A model generated the notes under the pieces. It saw nothing but the letters and a program-made list of their open reading frames with translations, was not told where the DNA came from and ran no database searches. The translations under genes were made by a program, and so were the position numbers. 11,868 nt of DNA, taken from contig JBIIGV010000088.1 of the NCBI GenBank assembly GCA_044236265.1, positions 1-11,868 on the forward strand, read 5' to 3'. Positions 1-7,373 of the stretch are shown here, in pieces (within the stretch, counting starts at the first letter, position 1; each line of letters begins with the position of its first letter). The DNA is from Oligoflexales bacterium (GTDB lineage Bacteria > Bdellovibrionota_B > Oligoflexia > Oligoflexales > RGVZ01).

Positions 1-807
1 GACTTGCAGTCAGTGCTTCCGGCTGGGAAACACACCATGTTGTTTGAGCCTGAAATCAAAATTTCAGGACCAGGCAGAGACGTGTCTGCAGGTATCAAAC
101 TCAACGCAGCCTATAGTCCGGCCGACAAGAAGTTTTTGTTATTTCAACGCTCACCCATTGAAGCAGTTCCTCTGGCTGCAAACTTTCAAGTTGTCACCCA
201 CGAGTATGGTCATTTCATTTTCGACTATAGCTTTCAGGCAGGTAAATACGACGCCAACAATCGCTGGAATGACGAATGGGCTCTCAATGGACTTAACGAG
301 GGTTTTGCTGATTTTATCAGTTGGTCTTTTACCGACTCTACCGACATCCTTAGATCGTCGATCGATATCGATTCGCTGGCTGACGAACGCGACTTTGGGA
401 AGACGACCTTCGTGTTCCAGGACTTGGCTGCATCCGAACCGGAAGCATGCAAGAGCGACTTTTACTGCTTAGGCTCGCTGTTTGCCCGTTCACTATATGA
501 AACGCAGCAAGCTCTTAAAGCCACCGTCTCCAAAAAGGATATGGCACTCGGAACTATCAACGCCATCAAAAAGTGTCAGGAAGCCATGGGATCCATGTCC
601 GAAACAATTCTTCCTCCCAAAGCGGACACCAGCTCTATGTCTCGGGCTGAAATCTTTGAGCGTGACGGCAAAATTACAGGCGCCTTTCTACGCGCCTTTG
701 TCCAAAATGCTCCAGCAGCTTGGAAAGTTGATCTATGTTCCGCGCTGAAGAAAAACTTTGGAACCAGTGGATTCCCCCAAGCCGCCCGTGACGGCTCTTG
801 CGACTGA
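1..807 (+). CDS. Zinc metallopeptidase, gluzincin type (thermolysin M4/fungalysin M36-like), 5'-truncated
   Basis: Frame is open from position 1 (GAC TTG CAG...). Contains VVTHEYGH (HExxH) followed by GLNEGFAD, matching the third zinc-ligand motif NExxxD of thermolysin-like peptidases. Several Cys suggest an exported, disulfide-bonded protein. Confidence 0.75.
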   Translation, partial: DLQSVLPAGKHTMLFEPEIKISGPGRDVSAGIKLNAAYSPADKKFLLFQRSPIEAVPLAANFQVVTHEYGHFIFDYSFQAGKYDANNRWNDEWALNGLNEGFADFISWSFTDSTDILRSSIDIDSLADERDFGKTTFVFQDLAASEPEACKSDFYCLGSLFARSLYETQQALKATVSKKDMALGTINAIKKCQEAMGSMSETILPPKADTSSMSRAEIFERDGKITGAFLRAFVQNAPAAWKVDLCSALKKNFGTSGFPQAARDGSCD

Positions 808-824
808 ATGAAGAGGAACAAATA

Positions 825-1544
825 ATGTCGTGCTCTACCTTGATAAAAACAACACTTAGTATCCTTTTGATCTCGTGGATTCAGCCTGCGTTCGCTGCGG
901 GCAAGACATCCCTTCGTCGTGCTCAGCTGCCACCCTCACAACCAACAAGCGAGCCTGCTCCTCAACAAACAAATGACGTCATCTCTGACCAATCGCTATT
1001 AGATGAAGTGCAGCTTAAACCTCAGAATGGTGCTGGCAACTGGCGCTATGCTGCTGGTGTGAACTTGGCCTGGTCAGTGCGTCGCGACTACGGAGCGCGA
1101 AGCTTTCGCCGGTTTGAACCTGAGGTTGTCGGTTACATGTACACGGCACTACCTTGGGCGCGCAGTTGGCTCAGGCACGGCGCTAGAATTAGCTACAGCA
1201 ATGACCAAGCCCAAATGCCAAAGTATGTTCGCCTAGAGGAAACTGATTGGAAGGCCTCCATCGAGGAAGGACTCATTTGGAACTGGTATGTATCACCAGC
1301 CATGACGTTTGGTTACGGCTACGATTGGCGACGAGTCGAGGTTCGTAACGGCGGGGCCGTAAAATCTGCAGATAGCCGCCTGAACTCACGCCAGACTTTC
1401 ACCTGGCAGTATCTTCAATTTGGAGTTGGTCTGCCTGCGTTGTACGGCGAGTATGAATTCCAGCCAAACTTCAGGTTTCAAAAACTCTCGATGGACGACC
1501 GCACGACGTGGGGCTTTGGCTTTGAGATCACGAAGGCGTGGTGA
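825..1544 (+). CDS. Putative outer-membrane beta-barrel protein
   Basis: ATG at 825 preceded by GAGGA (813-817). Signal peptide ending AFA, Pro/Gln-rich linker, alternating aromatic beta-strands, and C-terminal WGFGFEITKAW typical of a BAM-recognised terminal strand. Confidence 0.7.
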   Translation: MSCSTLIKTTLSILLISWIQPAFAAGKTSLRRAQLPPSQPTSEPAPQQTNDVISDQSLLDEVQLKPQNGAGNWRYAAGVNLAWSVRRDYGARSFRRFEPEVVGYMYTALPWARSWLRHGARISYSNDQAQMPKYVRLEETDWKASIEEGLIWNWYVSPAMTFGYGYDWRRVEVRNGGAVKSADSRLNSRQTFTWQYLQFGVGLPALYGEYEFQPNFRFQKLSMDDRTTWGFGFEITKAW

Positions 1545-1613
1545 TTCACCCTTGAAATTACTGGATATTTTAGTTCTATATTGTAAATGTTTTGTCTAAC
1601 TTCGAGCGTTAAC

Positions 1614-1642
1614 TTGCGAAATTAAGCCATCAGGCATAAAAC
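1614..1642 (+). promoter_or_regulatory. Putative sigma70-type promoter / operator upstream of desaturase
   Basis: TTGCGA (1614-1619), 17-nt spacer, TAAAAC (1637-1642). Contains the quasi-palindrome TTAAGCC-ATCA-GGCATAA also seen upstream of dsbD. Confidence 0.4.
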
Positions 1643-1689
1643 CTAGTATAGATGTTTTAAAAATGGGCAATTTAGGAGCCGCACCGACC

Positions 1690-2493
1690 ATGACTAGCTA
1701 TCTCTTGCTTTGCGTCGCGATCTTTCTCGTCACTTACGCACTCAATATGACATACATTTCGGTGTTTTATCATCGCGGGTTTACGCACGAAGCCGTGCGT
1801 ATTAACCCTCGCCTGCGCCGATTTATCGTTGAATCGGGCAGCTGGATCACTGGCATCGATATCAAAGCGTGGGCTTGTATGCATCGCATGCACCACATGT
1901 ACTCCGATACCATGAAAGACCCCCATAGCCCTAAGCGCTGGGGAATTTTCGGCACCATGATTGGTCAGCTGCGATCCTACGAGACCACCATTCGAGGCCT
2001 CATGCGCGGAAAACCTGAATATACCAGTGTCGTTAAGGACCTGGATTTTGACGTCAGTTTTCTCAATAAGAAGCGGCTTTGGGCTTTACCATACGTTCTG
2101 CACGCGGCCGTTTGGCTGATCTCCGGTTTTGTATTTAATGCCTGGCTGTTTGGATTTGCCTACTTTGCCGGGATGATGAGTCACCCCATTCAAGGCTGGT
2201 TGGTCAACTCCTTTGGACATGCGGTCGGCTACCGCAACTTCAAGACCAGTGATGACTCCCGCAACAACTCCTTTGTAGCGTGGACGTGTTTCGGTGAAGG
2301 CTTCCAAAATAACCATCACAGGTTTCCGAAATCCGCCAAGTTTTCAATGCGCTGGTTTGAATTTGACTTCGGCTGGCTTGTAACCCAAGTCCTGGCAAGT
2401 CTGTCTGTGCTCGAAATCGTTAATGTGGCCTCGGGCAAAGAGGCGATTGCTGCTAGCGAGGATCCTGAAATCGCGGTTGTAGCAACCTACTAA
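1690..2493 (+). CDS. Membrane fatty acid desaturase (acyl-CoA/acyl-lipid delta-9-like family)
   Basis: His boxes HRGFTH, HRMHH and QNNHH, plus DPHSP, NSFGH and GEG motifs of stearoyl-CoA-desaturase-like enzymes, with hydrophobic TM segments. AGGAG at 1674-1678 favours ATG 1690 over 1663. Confidence 0.92.
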   Translation: MTSYLLLCVAIFLVTYALNMTYISVFYHRGFTHEAVRINPRLRRFIVESGSWITGIDIKAWACMHRMHHMYSDTMKDPHSPKRWGIFGTMIGQLRSYETTIRGLMRGKPEYTSVVKDLDFDVSFLNKKRLWALPYVLHAAVWLISGFVFNAWLFGFAYFAGMMSHPIQGWLVNSFGHAVGYRNFKTSDDSRNNSFVAWTCFGEGFQNNHHRFPKSAKFSMRWFEFDFGWLVTQVLASLSVLEIVNVASGKEAIAASEDPEIAVVATY

Positions 2494-2522
2494 GCAGTCC
2501 ACCGACCACTGGTTCTAAACAC

Positions 2523-2557
2523 AAAAAAGCCCCTGCGATGTTTTGCGGGGGCTTTTT
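2523..2557. terminator. Bidirectional intrinsic terminator between desaturase and rplX
   Basis: AAAAAA-GCCCCTGCGA-TGTT-TTGCGGGGGC-TTTTT: GC-rich stem flanked by A6 and T5 tracts, between convergent genes. Confidence 0.88.
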
Positions 2558-2594
2558 GCTGTTGTGACAATTTAAAACGTTCGCTCATTTGGGT

Positions 2595-2632
2595 AAAAAA
2601 AATCGAAGCGCCAAGGTGAACCCCAGCGCCCC
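2595..2632 (-). terminator. Intrinsic terminator of rplX
   Basis: Minus strand GGGGCGCUGGGG-UUCA-CCUUGGCGCUUC-GA-U8. 12-bp stem with G-U pairs that forms fully only on the minus strand. Confidence 0.8.
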
Positions 2633-2671
2633 CAAACACACGAAAGGAGATTTATTCGAAAACACTAAGCA

Positions 2672-3010
2672 TTAGGCAAGAATAGTGCCTGAATCCTTAG
2701 CAAATCGAACCTTTTTTGAACCCTCAGTCTTGAAACCAACGCGAGTCGGCTTTTTGGACTTCGGATCAATAAGCATAACATTGCTGATGTGGATGCCAAC
2801 GGTTTTGTCGACGATGCCACCATCCTGATTAGCAAGACTTGGCTTGGTGTGGCGCTTCATAACATTGACGCCATCAACAACAACGCGGTCGTACTTACGA
2901 ATGACGCGGAGGATCTTGCCGGTTTTATTTTTGTCTTTACCTGAAATAACTTTAACTTCGTCACCCTTTTTCAGGCGGACTTTAACTTCACATTTCTGAG
3001 CGGTGTGCAT
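2672..3010 (-). CDS. rplX: 50S ribosomal protein L24 (uL24)
   Basis: KOW motif LKKGDEVKVISGKDKNKTGKI, then VVVDGVN, KRHTKP, GGI, IHISNVML and PTRVGFK, all hallmark uL24 segments. Start most likely ATG 3010; 3025 or 3031 are possible. Confidence 0.96.
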   Translation of the reverse strand: MHTAQKCEVKVRLKKGDEVKVISGKDKNKTGKILRVIRKYDRVVVDGVNVMKRHTKPSLANQDGGIVDKTVGIHISNVMLIDPKSKKPTRVGFKTEGSKKVRFAKDSGTILA

Positions 3011-3083
3011 ACTCGTATCATCCATTCTCATGCTTGATGATTAATAATAAAACCCTGATAAATATTAAAAAATCAGAGCATGG

Positions 3084-3113
3084 GTCTTACCGATGATATG
3101 CCCCTCAAGTCAA
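3084..3113 (-). promoter_or_regulatory. Putative sigma70 promoter for rplX
   Basis: Minus strand TTGACT (3113-3108), 18-nt spacer, TAAGAC (3089-3084), followed by an AT-rich leader. Confidence 0.5.
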
Positions 3114-3120
3114 CAGTTTT

Positions 3121-3150
3121 TTGACATTTTTAAGCCTTCAGGGCTAAAAC
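3121..3150 (+). promoter_or_regulatory. Putative sigma70 promoter for the dsbD operon
   Basis: Consensus TTGACA (3121-3126), 18-nt spacer, TAAAAC (3145-3150). Back-to-back with the rplX -35 element. Confidence 0.55.
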
Positions 3151-3221
3151 ACTTTTAAGGTATGAAGTCGGGCCGTTTTGCCATAAACTCCTGACATATA
3201 AGCTTAATCAGGACGACACCG

Positions 3222-5123
3222 ATGCGCGGATGCAAACTATCTTGGATCATCAATGCCCTAGCCTCTCTATTTTTCTTGGGGGGCTTGGCCCCCATGGTGT
3301 TTGGACAATCAAAACCATCCTCCGTGATCGAGGCCTTAGAGACCCAAAGCCAAGGACCCGGTGAAGGAAAGAGCGACAAAGTTGTCCTCGATATCCGCCC
3401 CGCCGAGGTTATCCATTGGACCCTGGCAGGCCACGAGTATGATCAATCCACTAAAAGACTTAAGTTGACGGTCGCTTTATCAACCGAACGTGAATTTACC
3501 ATTTACGAAGACAAGTTAAAGATTGAGATGTCCGAGGGTTGGACTCTTGTATCTAAAACCCCTCCAGCCACCTCCATGCAGCTTGACCCCATCAGCCGCA
3601 AGGATGTCAGTGTATACACCGGAGGCCCTTTTGACCTTGTGTTTGAGGCGTCGGGCGCTCCCACTGAAGCGCAGTTGCAGTTAACCTATGTTGGTTGCAC
3701 ACGGGTCATCTGCCTTTTTCCCTACACGGAAAAAATCAATATCCCCTTTGTTGCAGCCCCAACGTCAACTCAAAATACTGACAATGCATCGGCATCATCA
3801 AATGGTAACGCGGAATCAAGCCCACCGCCCTCCGACACATCTGCAACCGCATCCGGCAGCCAGTCGATTGAAGAGGCGCTTTCGCAGCGCGTGAAATCTG
3901 GCTCCATGAGTATTGCCATGCTGCTGCTCATCGCGTTTTTCGGTGGCTTATTGACGAATCTCACGCCTTGTGTGGCGCCGATGATTCCGATCACCATAAG
4001 ACTTCTTGCCCATCAAACCATTCGTCCACTGACAAGCTCCATCATGTATGCGCTTGGGATCGTGGCGACATACACTCTGCTGGGATTAGTCGCCGCGATG
4101 AGTGGTGCTTTGTTTGGAAATTTAATTGCGCACCCGGCGGTATCCATCACGTTTGGTGTGGTGATGTTTGTGCTGGGGCTAAGCATGCTCGGCTTTGGAG
4201 ACTTTTCAAAACTGCAGCAGCTCGGCGGTCAAATTGGCTCTTCCAAAGGAGGAGCGTTCAACGCGCTATTGATGGGAGCAGGTGCTGGCCTCGTGGCATC
4301 TCCGTGCACAGGCCCAATCCTCGCAGCACTATTGACATATACAGCGGGTCGACAAAACGCCTTTGAAGCAGCTGCACTTCTTGGCACCTACAGTGTAGGC
4401 TTTGCCCTGCCCTATGTATTCCTTGGTGCAAGCGCAGCAAAGCTCAGCACAATGCGCGTCAATTTCCAAATTCAGATTCTTACGAAACTGGTTTTTGCAT
4501 CGGTGATGTTTGGTCTTTCGCTTTACTTCCTACGTATTCCACTTTACGGCGTATTCACGGCCTTAAGACCCTACTGGTCAATCATGGGAACTGTGGGGGT
4601 CGTGGCAGGACTTGCACTGAGTGCTCTCGTTATTTTGCGGCCGAGTCTACATCATAAGAAAGCTGTGTTTCTGGCACCGACACTCGCTCTTGGCATTGGT
4701 GTCTTTTTCGGTATTCAGGCCCTCACAAGATCGGGGCACGATGAAGCCAAATCGGTTGCGTGGTACCACGATGAAAAAGAGGCGTTTGCGGCTGCAAAAC
4801 AGTCAGGCAAACCGATTTTGGTCGATGCTTGGGCTGAGTGGTGCGAAGCATGTAAGAAAATGGATGTGACGACGTTTGTCGATCCGGATGTGATGAAGGA
4901 GCTCAGCGATAACTGGATCGCCCTAAAATACGATCTCACAGAGATGAATGAGGTTAATGAAGAAATTCAGGAACGATACGAACTTCCAGGACTTCCGACA
5001 TTAACGCTGCTTCCTCCTTCAGCTGACTTATCTAAGAAGCAGCAAATCACAGGTTACACCGCCGCACCATCGATGTTGGAGCACTTGAAGAAATTCCACG
5101 CATCCGCAGCGAGCCAACCATGA
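3222..5123 (+). CDS. dsbD: Thiol:disulfide interchange protein DsbD family (N-terminal Ig-like domain, TM domain, thioredoxin domain)
   Basis: Signal peptide; N-domain YVGCTRVICLFP; Ser/Pro linker; TM Cys motifs LTPCVAPMIPI and ASPCTGP; C-terminal thioredoxin WAEWCEACK and GLPT. AGGA at 3210-3213. Confidence 0.92.
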   Translation: MRGCKLSWIINALASLFFLGGLAPMVFGQSKPSSVIEALETQSQGPGEGKSDKVVLDIRPAEVIHWTLAGHEYDQSTKRLKLTVALSTEREFTIYEDKLKIEMSEGWTLVSKTPPATSMQLDPISRKDVSVYTGGPFDLVFEASGAPTEAQLQLTYVGCTRVICLFPYTEKINIPFVAAPTSTQNTDNASASSNGNAESSPPPSDTSATASGSQSIEEALSQRVKSGSMSIAMLLLIAFFGGLLTNLTPCVAPMIPITIRLLAHQTIRPLTSSIMYALGIVATYTLLGLVAAMSGALFGNLIAHPAVSITFGVVMFVLGLSMLGFGDFSKLQQLGGQIGSSKGGAFNALLMGAGAGLVASPCTGPILAALLTYTAGRQNAFEAAALLGTYSVGFALPYVFLGASAAKLSTMRVNFQIQILTKLVFASVMFGLSLYFLRIPLYGVFTALRPYWSIMGTVGVVAGLALSALVILRPSLHHKKAVFLAPTLALGIGVFFGIQALTRSGHDEAKSVAWYHDEKEAFAAAKQSGKPILVDAWAEWCEACKKMDVTTFVDPDVMKELSDNWIALKYDLTEMNEVNEEIQERYELPGLPTLTLLPPSADLSKKQQITGYTAAPSMLEHLKKFHASAASQP

Positions 5124-6691
5124 TTAAGCATGTTGTCTATCTGGCGTCACCGAGCCAAAGTGAGACGGTCCGCAAATCGATTGTTCATCTAAACGGCCAA
5201 CCGATAGACGACCGCTCAGCCATTGGTCCTGGGTGGGAAATTACGCATTATTTAATGCCAGGCGTAACGCTGCGGCTTCATCTATTAACGAACATCAATG
5301 CTGTGACTCCGCATCTCAGGCAGCACCCCGTTGACCTGCTGGTCTATGATGAAAGAGGAGACGACGCAGATCCTGCTGAGGCCGCGTTGGAGCAAATCCG
5401 TCGGGATGTGGCCAGTTTTGCGGAACTTTGGGGACCTGACTTTATGTTCCCCATGAGCCGATCGGTCGCAATTCTTGACGACGCCAAAGCCCGGGCAAAG
5501 CACAAAACGCAGACCGCCAGAGCCTTTCAGCTCGGTCGTGTCCACGTGCAGGATGTTTGCGTAGCTCCACGCAACACTGCAACAATCCTTCGCTGGCTTT
5601 ATGGCTTACTCACTGTAAACGACAAGAAAAAGCCACGAATCGGAATCGCCATGAGTGGCGGTGGACTGGAAGGGTTTCTTTATCAACTTGGCGTGACACA
5701 CGCCCTGGAGCGCTGCATCTCTGGACGTACGATTCGTGATGCTGACGTTTTTTCCGGAGTTTCCAGCGGCAGTATCGGCTGCAGCCTGATCGCCGGCAAA
5801 GTCCCCACCATTGAAGTGATCAAGGCCATGCATGGCAAGTCTGATCTTATTGAACCATTTACAAGTAGCACTGTTTTCGATTTAGCAGGCGCAGGCATCA
5901 TCTCACGCCTTTTAAGAGAGAGCTTCACGTGGGCTGGAATTGATCCGTCGCGCTGGATTAAGCAGACGCTAAAAGCTATTCCAACCGGTTTCTTCAAGGG
6001 CGAAGCCCTACGCAGTTATATTCGACATTGTATAAAGGCATCGGGTAGCGAGGATAATTTTCCATCTTTAAATACCGAGTTATACATTGGCGCAACAGAC
6101 ATGGACTCGTTCGAACACGTTGTGTTTGGGCGCGAACCATGGAACAACATTCCTATTAGTGAGGCGATTTACGCCTCGTGTGCACTCCCTCTTGTTTTTG
6201 AACCGTCACAACTTGGCGATCGATGGTTCATCGATGGCCAGATCACAAAGACCTGTAATCTGGAGCTCGTTGTTGAACGAGACTGCAAACTGATTTTCAT
6301 CATTGACCCCGTTAAACCGCTTGGATCATTGATCCCAGGGACACTCGACAAAAAAGGTGGCTACTTTGCTTTGATCCAGACGATTAAGGCCCTAGTGTAT
6401 ACGCGCTTTCACTCCGTATTGACTCACCTGACAGAGCGCTATCCCGATACTGATTTTATTGTGTTTCAACCCGATGAAGAGGTCGCCCACCTGATGGCAG
6501 GTAGCCCTATGCGCTACCGGATCAGAACGCAGATCATTCACATGGCCTATCGGCAAACGATTCGCCAGTTAAAGGAACGACACAAGGTTTACGCAGAGAA
6601 GCTCCGAAAATACGGCATGAAACTCGCCAGCGTCGAGCAGATCAAAGACATCGAAAGGGAAGACGGTGCACTTTTCGACAGCTTTGCATAA
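5120..6691 (+). CDS. Patatin-like phospholipase with N-terminal receiver-like domain
   Basis: Oxyanion motif SGGGLEG, nucleophile elbow GVSSG, ASCALP, catalytic Asp motif DGQ. N-terminal ~165 aa resembles a REC fold (PVDLLVYD). ATGA overlap with the dsbD stop. Confidence 0.85.
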   Translation: MIKHVVYLASPSQSETVRKSIVHLNGQPIDDRSAIGPGWEITHYLMPGVTLRLHLLTNINAVTPHLRQHPVDLLVYDERGDDADPAEAALEQIRRDVASFAELWGPDFMFPMSRSVAILDDAKARAKHKTQTARAFQLGRVHVQDVCVAPRNTATILRWLYGLLTVNDKKKPRIGIAMSGGGLEGFLYQLGVTHALERCISGRTIRDADVFSGVSSGSIGCSLIAGKVPTIEVIKAMHGKSDLIEPFTSSTVFDLAGAGIISRLLRESFTWAGIDPSRWIKQTLKAIPTGFFKGEALRSYIRHCIKASGSEDNFPSLNTELYIGATDMDSFEHVVFGREPWNNIPISEAIYASCALPLVFEPSQLGDRWFIDGQITKTCNLELVVERDCKLIFIIDPVKPLGSLIPGTLDKKGGYFALIQTIKALVYTRFHSVLTHLTERYPDTDFIVFQPDEEVAHLMAGSPMRYRIRTQIIHMAYRQTIRQLKERHKVYAEKLRKYGMKLASVEQIKDIEREDGALFDSFA

Positions 6692-7370
6692 GGGCACACT
6701 ATTAAAACGTTATAAACGCTTCCTTGCCGACGTAAAACTTTCGGATGGAACGATCGTAACGGCGCACTGCCCTAATACCGGAAGCATGGAAAGCTGTTAT
6801 CAGGAAGGCTCAATCATCTGGATGACTCACTCAAGTGATCCGAACCGAAAGCTTGCCTGGACATGGGAGCTTACGGAGATCGAAGATGGATTCATCGGCA
6901 TCAACACAGCCAGGCCTAATCAAGTTGTATTTGAAGGGATAAAAGAGGGACTGATACCCCAGCTTGCTGGCTATGACTCAGCTCGACGTGAAGTGAAGTA
7001 TGGCAAAAACAGTCGGATCGACGTACTCCTAGAATCTAAAGATAAACCGGAATGCTATGTTGAGATCAAAAACACAACTTTGCGTCGCGGCCAGCAAATT
7101 CTTTTTCCCGATGCCGTAACGGAAAGGGGCCGAAAGCACCTGGAAGAGCTCGTTGCCGTCAAAAAAGCCGGAAAACGGGCTGTCATGGTTTTTTTGGTCA
7201 ATCGTCCTGACGGTACTGAATTTTCTCCTGCTGACTCCATTGACCCCGACTATGGACTAGCTTTACGCGCGGCCGTCAAGGCCGGGGTTGAAGTCATTGC
7301 ACTACGATGTATCAATACGACAACCGAGATGAAAATAGGTAACCCGGTTCCACTAAACTTTAAGGGGTAA
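6666..7370 (+). CDS. sfsA: DNA/RNA nuclease SfsA (sugar fermentation stimulation protein A)
   Basis: KRYKRFLADV, AHCPNTGSM, RKL.WTWE, SRID, YVEIK, FPDAVTERGRKHL and IDPDY motifs. GTG start overlaps the patatin 3' end by 26 nt. Confidence 0.96.
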   Translation: MHFSTALHKGTLLKRYKRFLADVKLSDGTIVTAHCPNTGSMESCYQEGSIIWMTHSSDPNRKLAWTWELTEIEDGFIGINTARPNQVVFEGIKEGLIPQLAGYDSARREVKYGKNSRIDVLLESKDKPECYVEIKNTTLRRGQQILFPDAVTERGRKHLEELVAVKKAGKRAVMVFLVNRPDGTEFSPADSIDPDYGLALRAAVKAGVEVIALRCINTTTEMKIGNPVPLNFKG

Positions 7371-7373
7371 TTC

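Noticed and set aside
1552..1582. Alternative desaturase promoter TTGAAA...TATATT
   Set aside because: The 19-nt spacer is suboptimal. It cannot be excluded but is not supported well enough to list.
2643..2668. Plus-strand mini-ORF after the strong SD AAAGGAGA
   Set aside because: No ATG/GTG/TTG at a suitable distance; only ATT CGA AAA CAC TAA.
3155..3379. 74-aa minus-strand ORF upstream of rplX as a leader gene or rplN remnant
   Set aside because: It is antisense to the dsbD N-terminus and has no similarity to uL14.
3755..3865. Ser/Pro/Thr/Ala-rich low-complexity stretch as a repeat element
   Set aside because: It is an ordinary interdomain linker of DsbD with no nucleotide-level tandem repeat.
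5120..7370. Patatin plus nuclease as a CBASS-like anti-phage system
   Set aside because: No CD-NTase, STAND NTPase or other defence gene nearby. sfsA is a typical full-length housekeeping-type copy, and the context shows no mobility signatures.
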